A stretch of 64,000 nucleotides of DNA. Origin: Aureliella sp. (GTDB taxonomy: Bacteria; Planctomycetota; Planctomycetia; Pirellulales; Pirellulaceae). Positions 40,127 through 50,007 of this stretch are shown here, piece after piece (position 1 is the stretch's first letter; every line of letters begins with the position of its first letter). A program made the translations under genes and the position numbers. The notes beneath the pieces are model-generated. The model made no database searches. It saw nothing but the letters and a program-made list of their open reading frames with translations, and had not been told where the DNA came from. The stretch lies in NCBI GenBank assembly GCA_963691875.1, contig OY829846.1:2752001-2816000 (forward strand). Reading direction: 5' to 3'.

Positions 40127-40867
40127 CTAGTCGTCGCGCAGGCTGCGTCCGGTAAGTTTAAGGAATATTTCTTCAAGATCGGATTCAGGCTCACCGGATT
40201 GCTCTGCAAGCTCTTGCGGTGTGCCCACAGCGATCACACTCCCCTCATGCATGATGGCGATTCGATTGCACAGTCTCTGTGCCTCCTCCATGTAGTGCGT
40301 CGTGTAAAGCAGTGAAACTCCGTCTGCTTTTAGCTGCAAGAGTGTTTCGAAAAGGTGATTTCGACTCTGCGGATCCACCCCGACCGTGGGCTCGTCCAAA
40401 AGAACCAGGGATGGCGAGTGCATCAACCCCGCAGCGAGATTCAGTCTTCTCTGCATCCCACCGCTAAAAGTCCGTACGAGATCTTTCTGGCGATCTACCA
40501 ATCCGGCAAGCTCCAAATTCTTCTCGACCGCCTTCCGCCGCTCCGCTTTACCTAGGCCATTCAGTTCACCGAACAGATCCAAGTTTTCCTCGGCAGTGAG
40601 ATTGGCGTAGAGTGCAATCTCTTGTGGGACAAAACCAAGCTGTCCTCGATCGGACGCTTGCAATGCAGGTTGAAACGGCTCACCGTGCCAGGACATGGCC
40701 CCCTGCCAAGCAGAGAGCAATCCAACCATACAGGAGATAGCCGTAGTCTTTCCCGCTCCATTCGGGCCAAGCAGTCCAAGGCATTCTCCCTCACGTACTT
40801 CAAAGCTCGCTCCACACACAGCTTGTCGATCCTGGTAACTGTAGGATAGCTCTTCAATCTTTAGCAT
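40127..40867 (-). CDS. ABC transporter ATP-binding protein
   Basis: GPNGAGKTT, FSGGMQRR, LLDEPTVGVD, TTHYMEE. Confidence 0.95.
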   Translation of the reverse strand: MLKIEELSYSYQDRQAVCGASFEVREGECLGLLGPNGAGKTTAISCMVGLLSAWQGAMSWHGEPFQPALQASDRGQLGFVPQEIALYANLTAEENLDLFGELNGLGKAERRKAVEKNLELAGLVDRQKDLVRTFSGGMQRRLNLAAGLMHSPSLVLLDEPTVGVDPQSRNHLFETLLQLKADGVSLLYTTHYMEEAQRLCNRIAIMHEGSVIAVGTPQELAEQSGEPESDLEEIFLKLTGRSLRDD

Positions 40868-40940
40868 CGGAGTGAGTCGGATTTGTTTTGAGGATCGAAA
40901 TAAAAGGTGTCAGCGTCACACGCTACGCGTGAAACCAACA

Positions 40941-40974
40941 TTTTAGAAGGCACGACGCGTAAGCGAGTGAGTCC
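40941..40974. repeat. REP-like palindromic repeat (family A)
   Basis: GCACGACGCGTAAGCGAGTGAGTC, core shared with 33495, 49392 and 53914 copies. Confidence 0.55.
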
Positions 40975-41370
40975 ATCAGTTTCGTAGCTGAAGTCTTCAA
41001 GACTCTAGGTGTCCTGTGGGAGGGTTTCGTTAACTTCGCTAGACCGAATTCGCAACAGGTCGGATTCGATGAGTTTTGGCAAATCTTGGAATCATTCTCA
41101 CAAACCGCAACATTTTCACCTGGTCTGTATTCGCTATTTGCCGAGCTTGCACCCTCGAGCTAATGCTGGGACTAAGCCAAAAAACGAGGAGCTATGATCC
41201 ACTTCAGTGATCGAGAGCCCTGATTGTGAGAGAGATGGAAAATCTACAACAAGCCCGCAAGAGCCCACCGATAATGACTGTGATCGTGACTCAATTTATT
41301 CATGTTTATTATGCTCCGCCTTCCCATACCATCGGGGACTCACCCACACCCAAACTTACTTAGGTTTTGG

Positions 41371-41960
41371 TGCTCGAACAACGTGAAGTAACTCTCCTTA
41401 GCAATTAACTACGAGCCAGACTACGGCTGTTTTCCTCCAGCCTAAACGGTTGACGCCAACGGCAATCGGCTTCGTAGCTGGAGAACACGTCTTCTCCCGT
41501 ACCAAGAGGAAAACCAGGACTACCATAAAACAAATTTTTCAAAGCCTTGAGATCAGCCAGTCAACGCCAACTTCAATGACATTCAGCTATCCGGGTTCGC
41601 ATGTCCTGCAGCACGCCTTGCACCTGGCTCGATCACCTACATTGTCGTTGATGATCCCGAGGGGATTTTTGCAGAAGTACTTTAATGCGGGTGATTCAGA
41701 TCTCAGATGGGACCGGAAATAAGCTCATGGTTGTGGAAGTCGACAAATCACTTGCCATCGCATCGATGAGTCCCACTGACATCGACATGGAAAACTACCT
41801 CGACAATTCATTCATAACGGAAACACGAACAGGGCGCGAATTGTTGCCTGGCGGGTGGTTCCACTGACCTCACGCCCTCTTGGATGCAGGAGGAGATGGA
41901 AACCATGGCAACCAAACCAGCCGGGGACAAAACAGTCACCAGCTTCCGTAGAATCGCTCC
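41371..41960 (+). pseudogene. DUF1559-family pseudogene
   Basis: CSNNVK*LSLAINYEPDYGCFPPA*TVDANG..SWRTRLLPY..FSKP*DQP..FACP; after frameshifts ISDGTGNKLMVVEV and HEQGANCCLAGGS; stops at 41389, 41443, 41548. Confidence 0.85.
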
Positions 41961-42192
41961 CTGACGCGGCCGCACTAGCCCAGGCCATGGGCTCATATTA
42001 CTCCTTGGCGGTCAAGTCCTAGCGACCGACAAAGTTTTCCGCTGCAATGAAATCAGAGCATGTTTTGTGAATCTGCTTCGTAGGCTCGTCCGCTTGCTTG
42101 TCGCGGCTTGTTCTAGCACCTAGGATGAAGAAGTTAACTCTGGTGGTGCTTCCTATTTGCCATCAGCCTCCGCGAGTTGGGCAATAAAAAGC

Positions 42193-43188
42193 ATGCATGA
42201 GAAAGAGGACTTTGCGCCGCGTCAGGACGGTTCGTCGGCACAAACCCCATGTGTTACAGCGATAGGGAATTCGGAATTTCTGGATACTGTTCTAGCTGGA
42301 CTGAGTAGCTCCTCGAAATATTTGTCATGCAAGTATTTCTACGACGAGCGTGGTTCAGAGCTCTTCGACCGAATATGCGAGCTCGACGAATACTATCCCA
42401 CTCGCACTGAGCTCTTGATAACTCGTGAGAATGCCAAGTCGATTGCCGCAGCCCTCGGTGACGACTGCGCCCTAATCGAGTTCGGAAGCGGCAGCAGCTT
42501 GAAGACGCGCGTACTGCTTGATGAGCTATCCAACTTGGCTGCCTACTTGCCAGTAGATGTCTCTGAAGAATATTTGCTGAAGATCGCAGCCAGGTTGCGG
42601 GGCGAGTATCCGGACCTCGAAATCTGTCCAATCGTCGCTGACTTTACCAAGCCATTCGAGTTGCCCGAGAAGCTTGAGCACTGTTCTCCGTGCGTTTATT
42701 TTCCTGGATCGACGATTGGGAATTTCGAGCGATCACAGGCCGTGAAGCTACTTCGTAATATGACTGAACTCTGCGGCACCGGTGGCAAATCCTTGATCGG
42801 TTTTGACCTGCAAAAAGCGAAGCAAGTTCTGGAGCTGGCCTACGATGACCCTCAAGGTGTCACCGCCGAGTTCAATCTGAATCTGCTGGCTCGAATCAAT
42901 CGAGAGCTGGATGGTGATTTTGAATTAGAGAAGTTTCAGCACCACAGTTGCTACAACGAGAGCGAAGGCCGAGTTGAGATTTTCATCAGGAGCCTGAGTT
43001 ATCAGGTTGCTACTGTCGCCGGGCAAAAGTTTGAGTTTGCAGAAGATGAGTTGATTTTCACCGAGCATTCGCACAAGTACACCGTGGCGAGTTTCTCTGC
43101 AATGGCCGCTGAAGCCGGTATGCAACCCGAGCAGGTATGGACGGATTCTCGCAACTACTTCGCACTCATGCTTCTCACTTGTAAATGA
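42193..43188 (+). CDS. egtD: L-histidine N-alpha-methyltransferase
   Basis: KYFYDERGSELFDRICELDEYYPTRTE, EFGSGSS, FPGSTIGNF, AYDDPQGVTAEFN. Confidence 0.94.
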   Translation: MHEKEDFAPRQDGSSAQTPCVTAIGNSEFLDTVLAGLSSSSKYLSCKYFYDERGSELFDRICELDEYYPTRTELLITRENAKSIAAALGDDCALIEFGSGSSLKTRVLLDELSNLAAYLPVDVSEEYLLKIAARLRGEYPDLEICPIVADFTKPFELPEKLEHCSPCVYFPGSTIGNFERSQAVKLLRNMTELCGTGGKSLIGFDLQKAKQVLELAYDDPQGVTAEFNLNLLARINRELDGDFELEKFQHHSCYNESEGRVEIFIRSLSYQVATVAGQKFEFAEDELIFTEHSHKYTVASFSAMAAEAGMQPEQVWTDSRNYFALMLLTCK

Positions 43189-44441
43189 ATGCAGCGACCA
43201 CAGAAGTATCCAAGGCCGATATCGCCACGCGTTATCAGCGTGTTCGAAGCTTTAGCTTACAGATCGCCGAGCCGCTTTCGCCCGAAGACTGCGCAATGCA
43301 GACAATGCCTGACGTGAGTCCCACTCGCTGGCACCTAGCACACACAACATGGTTCTTCGAGACGTTCATTCTTGGCCAAAGCGAGAGCTATCAGTGCTTT
43401 GATGCCGCCTTCGAGCACCTGTTCAATTCGTACTACAACAGCATCGGAGAACAGTTCCCTCGCCATCGTCGCGGCACGCTTTCGCGCCCCAGTCTGCCCG
43501 AAACGCTGGACTATCGTAGCCATGTCGATGAGGCGATGCAGAAGTTGCTAGGTTCCGCTTGCGATGCGGAACTATTGCGAGTTCTCGAGCTCGGGCTGCA
43601 GCACGAGCAACAGCATCAGGAGCTGATGCTGACGGATATCAAGCACGTCTTGTATTCCAATCCTTTGTTGCCAGCCTACGACATCTCAGCCAAACTTGAC
43701 TCAGCTGAAACGCCAGAACGTGAGTGGTGGCACTGCGAAGCACAATTAGCCGATGTCGGGCATGCAGCCGACACATTTTGCTTTGACAATGAATTGCCAC
43801 GGCATCGGACGTACCTGCAAGAACACTCAATTGCTTCGACCTGTGTCACCAACGGTGAGTATCTCAAGTTCATCGATGCTGGGGGATATCAAGAACCAAC
43901 ACATTGGCTCTCGCTCGGGTGGGCGACCGTCCAGCAAGAGAACTGGCAAAGCCCACTTTATTGGCGACTGGAAGATGACAGTTGGTTCGAATTCACTCTG
44001 GGGGGGTTAAGGCCGCTCAATCCCAACTTACCAGTCACTCACATCAGCTTCTTTGAGGCAGACGCCTACGCCCGCTGGGCGGGTTTGCGGCTACCGACTG
44101 AGTTTGAATGGGAATATTGGTCTGGCCGCCAAGCGACGATGCCTTCTGACTGTTTTGCAGATCAACTGCTCCAAGGTAAGGACTGTATTCACCCGCGAGC
44201 AGGCAGGACCAGCCTGCTTGGCAATACCTGGCAGTGGACAGCAAGTCCGTATTTGGCTTATCCAGGATACACTGCTCCAAATGGAGCTTTGGGCGAATAC
44301 AACGGCAAGTTCATGTGTAATCAATTTGTTCTTCGAGGCGGCTCTTGCGCCACTTCAAGTGACCACATCCGCAAAACGTACCGCAACTTCTTTCCCCCCG
44401 ATGCCCGCTGGCAATTCACAGGAATTCGGCTCGCTCGCTGA
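43185..44441 (+). CDS. egtB: Ergothioneine sulfoxide synthase
   Basis: SPTRWHLAHTTWFFE, FNSYY, HEQQHQE, FGE-like domain, EYNGKFM; ATGA overlap with egtD. Confidence 0.93.
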   Translation: MNAATTEVSKADIATRYQRVRSFSLQIAEPLSPEDCAMQTMPDVSPTRWHLAHTTWFFETFILGQSESYQCFDAAFEHLFNSYYNSIGEQFPRHRRGTLSRPSLPETLDYRSHVDEAMQKLLGSACDAELLRVLELGLQHEQQHQELMLTDIKHVLYSNPLLPAYDISAKLDSAETPEREWWHCEAQLADVGHAADTFCFDNELPRHRTYLQEHSIASTCVTNGEYLKFIDAGGYQEPTHWLSLGWATVQQENWQSPLYWRLEDDSWFEFTLGGLRPLNPNLPVTHISFFEADAYARWAGLRLPTEFEWEYWSGRQATMPSDCFADQLLQGKDCIHPRAGRTSLLGNTWQWTASPYLAYPGYTAPNGALGEYNGKFMCNQFVLRGGSCATSSDHIRKTYRNFFPPDARWQFTGIRLAR

Positions 44442-44711
44442 TTCAGAACCACCGAGAAACCTGACTCCTTAACCCGAAGCTAACCCGAAGCGAGAGCATC
44501 AGAACGGCTTGGGTAACCGTAGGTGGTGCGTTACTCTAACCACGGTAAACAGCCTGAAAAGCTAGCATCGGGACTGCCCGTTCCCTTGGCTGTTGCCTAC
44601 CTTCACTGCTCTTGACTTTGAGAGCGCGAATTCTGTAGGGAACTATTCTGAGTGTATTTTTTGGGGAATTGTGTTTCGTCGTCTCGCCCACGCGCGGCAA
44701 AGGTAGAGCAA

Positions 44712-45035
44712 ATGGCCAACCGCAGACTATTATTCAAGGCGATGTTTGCGGGCGTTGTTGGTTTGATACCCTTGCGCAGTGCCTCCGCCCAACAGATAGA
44801 GCGAAACAAAGTTAGGCTGGAGGACCAGCTCATTAGTGGCTTGCGAGCCGCTACGCCTGGTCAGAAGGACTATTTGCGGCAAATCGTGGCATTGGTCAAC
44901 GCTGGCACCCTGCCTCGTCAGATGGTAAATCTGCTTTATACTTGGGCCATCAAGCGGAACCCTAAAGTTCCGTTTCCATACTTTCAATTCGCGCTCCGCG
45001 TATTGGCCAAGCGTCGCGGCATTACAGTACCTTAA
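44712..45035 (+). CDS. Small hypothetical protein with twin-arginine-like leader
   Basis: MANRRLLFKAMFAGVVGLIPLRSASA|QQ. Confidence 0.65.
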   Translation: MANRRLLFKAMFAGVVGLIPLRSASAQQIERNKVRLEDQLISGLRAATPGQKDYLRQIVALVNAGTLPRQMVNLLYTWAIKRNPKVPFPYFQFALRVLAKRRGITVP

Positions 45036-45249
45036 GCTCAGGGTGGCGACTCTTCACAACCAGATGCGCAAGTGAGGAAACTGTTTTCTTTGCATAGCTC
45101 ACGCGTCGTGTGAAGAATCGTGTTTGCAGAACCGGGCAGAGGCCCGAACCTGCCACCCTGGAAATCATGCTCAACTGGGTACTTCTGGATGTCTTTGCTG
45201 CGTCGGCCAACCTCTGCGGCAGTGCGCATATCTTGCTGCCAAGTTGAAG

Positions 45250-45738
45250 ATGCATCACATTCAGATTTTTTCCTGCGGTGGGACGATCGACAAAGTCTAC
45301 TTCGATGCCAAGAGTGACTACGAGGTAGGCGAAACACAGATCCAAGAAATCTTTCGACGGGCCAACGTTTGTTTCGAGCATTCTATTGCATCGCTAATGC
45401 GCAAAGACAGTCTCGAAATGACCGACACGGATCGTGAGTTGATTTGCGGTGAAGTCAAGAAGTGCTCGCACTCGCGGATCTTGATCACGCACGGTACCGA
45501 TACCATGCCAGATACGGCTCGAGCTCTTTCGCATCTTACTGAAAGAACCATCGTCTTGACTGGTTCGATGACTCCGTCGCGTTTTGAGGCTTCTGATGCC
45601 GAATTCAATATTGGGTGTGCTGTCGGCGCTTTGCTTAGTCAACCACCTGGAGTCTACATCGCCATGAACGGCATCGTGTTCGCTGGAGACAAAGTCCGCA
45701 AGAATCGGGAGGCCGGGCGGTTTGAGGTGATAGAGTAG
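45250..45738 (+). CDS. Short-chain L-asparaginase (N-terminal domain only)
   Basis: GGTIDK, DSLEM, ITHGTDTM, VLTGSM, SDAEFN; 162 aa. Confidence 0.88.
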   Translation: MHHIQIFSCGGTIDKVYFDAKSDYEVGETQIQEIFRRANVCFEHSIASLMRKDSLEMTDTDRELICGEVKKCSHSRILITHGTDTMPDTARALSHLTERTIVLTGSMTPSRFEASDAEFNIGCAVGALLSQPPGVYIAMNGIVFAGDKVRKNREAGRFEVIE

Positions 45739-45824
45739 GTTACGCTTAACGGAATCCTGTGCTGTGGACCTCGTCAAGAGTTTTGGCCGTGCCACAAACC
45801 CAAGTTTTGAGCCGGGGCTGTGAC

Positions 45825-46214
45825 ATGCAGTACTACTTCCTAGGCGTTGGAATCATCATTACCCTGCTGGCGGCCTGCTTTACCATTCAGCACATTTACT
45901 TGTTCTTGATGGGGCATCGCGCATCGGGAGAAGTTGTCGACGTGGAGGAGCGTTTGCGATTCTCAGGCAATCGCAACAAGAAAACCTACTTTCACGCCGT
46001 CATTGAATTCGATGACGCAGAGGGCAATGGTTTTCGATTTACCCATGGCTACGGATCGACGACGCGGAAGCCTGAAATCGGCAGCCGCATTCCAGTTTTG
46101 TTCTTCGATCCGAACAAGGCTCGAGTCAACAGCTTCATGGGAATGTGGGCTGGGCCACTTGCCGCAATCATTCTTGGCGCAGGTTGTCTCTACGCTGGAC
46201 TTTCAGGATCATAG
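45825..46214 (+). CDS. DUF3592-like membrane protein
   Basis: TM - ASGEVVD..Y.AVIEF..G.RIPVLF.P..AR - TM architecture. Confidence 0.7.
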   Translation: MQYYFLGVGIIITLLAACFTIQHIYLFLMGHRASGEVVDVEERLRFSGNRNKKTYFHAVIEFDDAEGNGFRFTHGYGSTTRKPEIGSRIPVLFFDPNKARVNSFMGMWAGPLAAIILGAGCLYAGLSGS

Positions 46215-46234
46215 CCACATAGCTGTGGGGCGAC

Positions 46235-47173
46235 TCACGCGTTAATTCGCTTGAGCACCGTATCGAGAGTTGGTCGCAAGGAGTTGCCACTGTTCCGGAT
46301 GCCTTGCAATTCCTTAGGCCAGAGCTCGAGCTCGATGCGTTCAACAGCTCCGGCACATCCAACTACAGTTGGAACAGAAAGTGCAACGTCCCGAACGCCA
46401 AAGCAACCATCCTGAACGGTGCTGACAGGCAGGATCTTGCGACTGTCGAGCAATATCGATTCAATGACATCTCGAATGGCGATGCCGACCGCAAAACCCG
46501 CTCCGCCTTTGCGGCTGATGACTTCAGCCCCCGAGCCCTTGGTCCGTTTGAACAGTTCGTTTGCCAAGTTATTGTTCCAACCTGGGTACTTCTCTAGAGG
46601 CAATCCGCCGATTGCGGCGCTGGACCAGATCGGAACCATACTGTCTCCGTGCTCCCCGAGAATCAGCGCCTTGGTCTGAGTCGGCGGTACATTGATCTGC
46701 TGCGAGATCAAGCTGCAGAATCGAATGGTGTCTAGTTGCGTGCCAAGTCCCAAAACTTGCGTTTCAGGCAAGCCGAGCGATTTGGCTGCAACGTAAGTCA
46801 GAATGTCGACAGGATTGCTGACCACCAAAACTTTCGCAGATGGCTTGAGACCAGCCGATTTAACTTGCTGCAAGATCTGTACGAACAAATCTGTGTTTCG
46901 ATTGATCAAGTCCAACCGTGTCTCGTCTGGCTTGCGACGCAAACCTGCGGTGATGCAAACAACGTCGCTAGACGGAATGTGCTCGTAGGAACCCGAGGTG
47001 ATAACTTGATCGGCGACGCTCGGGGCACCATGCAGGATGTCCAAAGCTTGACCTAGTGCGAGTTCCGTATTGACGTCGATCAATGCGATTTCTCGCGCGA
47101 CTTGACCGCACTGCAGTGCAAATCCTGCACAGGAACCAACCAAACCGCCGCCACCTACAATGCTGACTTTCAT
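46235..47173 (-). CDS. pvmO: Lactate/malate dehydrogenase (PVM)
   Basis: VSIVGGGGLVG, ITAGLRRKPDETRLDL, VSNPVD, LDTIRF, LGEHGDS. Confidence 0.9.
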   Translation of the reverse strand: MKVSIVGGGGLVGSCAGFALQCGQVAREIALIDVNTELALGQALDILHGAPSVADQVITSGSYEHIPSSDVVCITAGLRRKPDETRLDLINRNTDLFVQILQQVKSAGLKPSAKVLVVSNPVDILTYVAAKSLGLPETQVLGLGTQLDTIRFCSLISQQINVPPTQTKALILGEHGDSMVPIWSSAAIGGLPLEKYPGWNNNLANELFKRTKGSGAEVISRKGGAGFAVGIAIRDVIESILLDSRKILPVSTVQDGCFGVRDVALSVPTVVGCAGAVERIELELWPKELQGIRNSGNSLRPTLDTVLKRINA

Positions 47174-47220
47174 GTTCTTGCTCTATTCGCTAATTGGAGT
47201 TTAGTACTAGCCTCATAGTT

Positions 47221-47255
47221 ACTCTCCTTGGGGAGAGACACGAGCGGAGAGGGGC
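47221..47255. repeat. Palindromic repeat (family B), inverted copy of 49536-49579
   Basis: ACTCTCCTTGGGGAGAG-ACACGAGCGGAGAGGGGC; identical to the reverse complement of the other copy except a 9-nt indel. Confidence 0.8.
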
Positions 47256-47388
47256 ACTCCCCCTCGCTAGGGCTCCGACCCTGCCCTCCGAAAGCGACAT
47301 CCGGTCGCTGGTCGTTTCGGCAGGAGGTTAGGTTGTTTTTAACAGTAGGTCCATGGTCTCAATTGACAGATGAAAAACCTGCGCTGCT

Positions 47389-48303
47389 CTACTGACTCAA
47401 CTGACTCAACTGACTCAACTGACTCATGACTTGATCCGTAATCAACTTCACGAGACGCTCTTCGTCTAAGTTTCCTGTACCACCTGCGTTTGAACCACTT
47501 GCGCTTGAACCAGCTGCTGGTGCGGAACCAGCCATAGCGCCGGCCATTGCGGGGGGTGCGTCGAAGGCTTGTCGCTCGACGCCCGATTCCTTCCAGCTCT
47601 CGCGGAAGATGTCATTGGCACAGATGTCGCAATCCTTGAATTCTTCGGTCAAACGTGGATCGGTGAAGCCCCATTTATCCTTCAGCTCCAAGAGCTCGAC
47701 ACTCTTCTGTTGGTCCAAGTAATTGACTTTGCCCAACTGACGAGAGAGCATCAAGATGCGGCAGTAGGCATCCAGGATCTCGGTCCACCAATAAGCTTTC
47801 TCTACGTCTTCACCAAAGCTCACGGTGCCGTGATTGGCCAAGATGATGACGTTACTCTTCTCGACGAATGGAATGATCGTGTCAGCGAATGCCTGTCCAC
47901 CAGGTGTTTCGTACTTCGTAATCGGCACATCCCCGAGGAACACCTCGACTTCTGGAAGAACACACTGAGGAATCGGTTCGCGGGCCACGGCGAAAGCCGT
48001 TGCGTGTGGAGGGTGGCAGTGCACAACCGACTTGATGTCCGGCCGCTGCTTGTAGATCTCCAAGTGCAAAAGAGCTTCACTACTGCGCTTCTTCCGGCCA
48101 GCTATTTGTTTACCTGTCATATCAACCGTGCTGATGTCGTCAGGCTTCAGAAAACCCTTCGAGTGCATGGTCGGCGTGCAAAGCACTTCATTGTCACTGA
48201 TGCGAACGGTGATGTTGCCGTCATTAGCCGCAGCGAAGCCCTTGTTGTAGATGCGACGTCCAATTTCGCAAATGTCTTGCTTGATTTTGTGAGCATTTAC
48301 CAT
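47389..48303 (-). CDS. pvmN: Class II aldolase with C-terminal encapsulation peptide (PVM signature enzyme)
   Basis: NDGNIT, SSEALLHLEIY, VVHCHPP, LANHG; Ala/Gly/Ser linker then DEERLVKLITDQVMSQL. Confidence 0.92.
   Translation of the reverse strand: MVNAHKIKQDICEIGRRIYNKGFAAANDGNITVRISDNEVLCTPTMHSKGFLKPDDISTVDMTGKQIAGRKKRSSEALLHLEIYKQRPDIKSVVHCHPPHATAFAVAREPIPQCVLPEVEVFLGDVPITKYETPGGQAFADTIIPFVEKSNVIILANHGTVSFGEDVEKAYWWTEILDAYCRILMLSRQLGKVNYLDQQKSVELLELKDKWGFTDPRLTEEFKDCDICANDIFRESWKESGVERQAFDAPPAMAGAMAGSAPAAGSSASGSNAGGTGNLDEERLVKLITDQVMSQLSQLSQLSQ
47391..47426. repeat. 9-bp tandem repeat x4 (ACTGACTCA)
   Basis: Four exact units encoding the SQLSQLSQLSQ C-terminus of the aldolase. Confidence 0.9.
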
Positions 48304-48371
48304 TTCAATTCCTCATTAAATGCGGCTGCTGCCGGTTGGTTTTGACTTCAGTTGTTCGGTGTTGGGTATTG

Positions 48372-48683
48372 CTAGGCAAGTTTCAATTGTTCGACGACTT
48401 TCTCGTCGATGTGAATTTGGTCTAGGATTGCAGAACAGTATGCGTCGACAGGTTTTAGCTCTGGACGAAAGGCCTGGGCCGCTTCAGCTCCGTCACTGAC
48501 CGCTACCAGGTTTCCAGGGCCCGAAGAGCGATCGTCCCAAACGACGAGTAAGTCTGGTTCCTTCGGTGGCTCAGCTCCCAAGGTCGCGTGGCCTTGCGGT
48601 TCAGCCAATCGCAAGGCGGCGCCTTCGTAGCTGGGGTGACATCGACTAAGCGTGACATTACCGATGACTTTGTAGATCCTCAT
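48372..48683 (-). CDS. BMC pentamer (EutN/CcmL family)
   Basis: MRIYKVIGNVTLS..HP, SDGAEA, PVDAYCSAILD. Confidence 0.85.
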   Translation of the reverse strand: MRIYKVIGNVTLSRCHPSYEGAALRLAEPQGHATLGAEPPKEPDLLVVWDDRSSGPGNLVAVSDGAEAAQAFRPELKPVDAYCSAILDQIHIDEKVVEQLKLA

Positions 48684-49363
48684 TTCAATCTCCTTAGCAT
48701 CAAGAGCGCCAACTTTTGAAGTTGATTCGCTTTCCAGGATTCTTGATCGATGATGACTACGTTCGGGTCCGCCTGGCTAACGGCTCGCTGCCAGTCCTCT
48801 AACCTGTGCAACTGAACAGCTTGGAGGCTGGAGTTACTTGCCGCAGCACGAATTGCGGCAAAAGGCGTGGTGGTGTTCCAGATCGCAGCCTTGCCACCTG
48901 AGTTCAAGTGAGCCGCGATGCGACGCACGTCAGCGGGTGAGTTTTTACTGCAAGCGGTGAATTCGCCCAGTGTTCCTAGGGCGGCATGCAGTGATCCACC
49001 GGCAACGACCAGCAGTCTGGAGTCAGGTCCTCCCGGCCAGGTATTGGGCGCAGGGGCAAAGTTGACCTTCTGAAGCTCAACTCCATGGCCACGGAGCTCG
49101 TCGAGCACCGCTGGTGTTAGCACAGCATTATGAGGAACTTGCAGGGATGTTTTGTCAGCAAGTTTGCCTTTGAGCGAATCCAGCGTGATCAGTCGCTCAT
49201 CGAGCACCAAGGTGCTGGCGGGTAGCGTTCCATCGCCTCCATGACTGGTTGCGTCGCTCGCTCCAGGCTTGGGGGATGACAGATTTCCACCAGCGAGACG
49301 TCGCAGGACGACTCGTACGATGGCTTCAACTTCGGCAGAAGTAATTGTCATAGGTGGATGCAA
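48680..49363 (-). CDS. PVM conserved hypothetical protein with N-terminal encapsulation peptide
   Basis: AEVEAIVRVVLRRL; LITL..AVLTPAVLDELR motif; position between two BMC-P genes. Confidence 0.75.
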   Translation of the reverse strand: MHPPMTITSAEVEAIVRVVLRRLAGGNLSSPKPGASDATSHGGDGTLPASTLVLDERLITLDSLKGKLADKTSLQVPHNAVLTPAVLDELRGHGVELQKVNFAPAPNTWPGGPDSRLLVVAGGSLHAALGTLGEFTACSKNSPADVRRIAAHLNSGGKAAIWNTTTPFAAIRAAASNSSLQAVQLHRLEDWQRAVSQADPNVVIIDQESWKANQLQKLALLMLRRLK

Positions 49364-49391
49364 ATTGGTCGTAGGTTCAAAATGCTCTCAT

Positions 49392-49448
49392 AACACGAAG
49401 CGTCAGCGAGGCACCGAGGTCACGTCTTCCTCGCTCACGCTTCGGTTT
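49392..49448. repeat. REP-like inverted pair (family A)
   Basis: AACACGAAGCGTCAGCGAGG ... CCTCGCTCACGCTTCGGTTT. Confidence 0.75.
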
Positions 49449-49535
49449 CTTAGCAACAAGCTGGTGCCTTGGTTTTCATAAGTTTGGCGACTTATCCTCC
49501 CGCTTGCGGAGGTTCGGGTAATTGGGGCAGGGAAG

Positions 49536-49579
49536 GCCCCTCTCCGCTCGTGTCCCTCACGACTCTCCCCAAGGAGAGT
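49536..49579. repeat. Palindromic repeat (family B)
   Basis: GCCCCTCTCCGCTCGTGT-CCCTCACGA-CTCTCCCCAAGGAGAGT. Confidence 0.8.
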
Positions 49580-49599
49580 GAGTTGCGCAAAAAACTGGT

Positions 49600-49869
49600 T
49601 CATTCATTAGTTGGATCTACGATTCCTAGTACCGCCCAGCGGATGGGCGAGTTTTCGACTCCGAACATCTCGCGAATCGCCTTGCCATCGCTGGTGATGA
49701 TCACCCTTTCGCCCGCTCCAGCGCCGAAACGATCCACTACGAGCAGCGGTGCGCCATCCGGCGAGACACCGTCTGCCATGAGCGGCTGCGTAACGAGCAA
49801 CTTCTGACGCGCAAGCGTTTCATGCTTGACCGTGGAACTGCTGTGACCGACTACTAAAGCGACTTGCAT
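49600..49869 (-). CDS. BMC pentamer (EutN/CcmL family)
   Basis: MQVALVVG..STVKH..KLLV, VDRFGAGAGERV, GIVD. Confidence 0.92.
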   Translation of the reverse strand: MQVALVVGHSSSTVKHETLARQKLLVTQPLMADGVSPDGAPLLVVDRFGAGAGERVIITSDGKAIREMFGVENSPIRWAVLGIVDPTNE

Positions 49870-50007
49870 TCTCTCACTTTGAAATTCGTTATTCCTTGTT
49901 CGGCATTCGTTGTCGAATTCTGCCTCTTCCCGGAGCAAACCGGCGCGTTTGGCTGGGCGTTAAGCGAGTTCGGTGTCCAACGAAACGGCAAGTTTGAACC
50001 TTGCCTG

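Noticed and set aside
43185..44441. Selenoneine synthase SenA or ovothiol OvoA
   Set aside because: No senB/senC nearby and no fused methyltransferase; coupled to egtD
44470..44491. 11-bp tandem duplication TAACCCGAAGC
   Set aside because: Two units only; best explained as a degraded family A repeat
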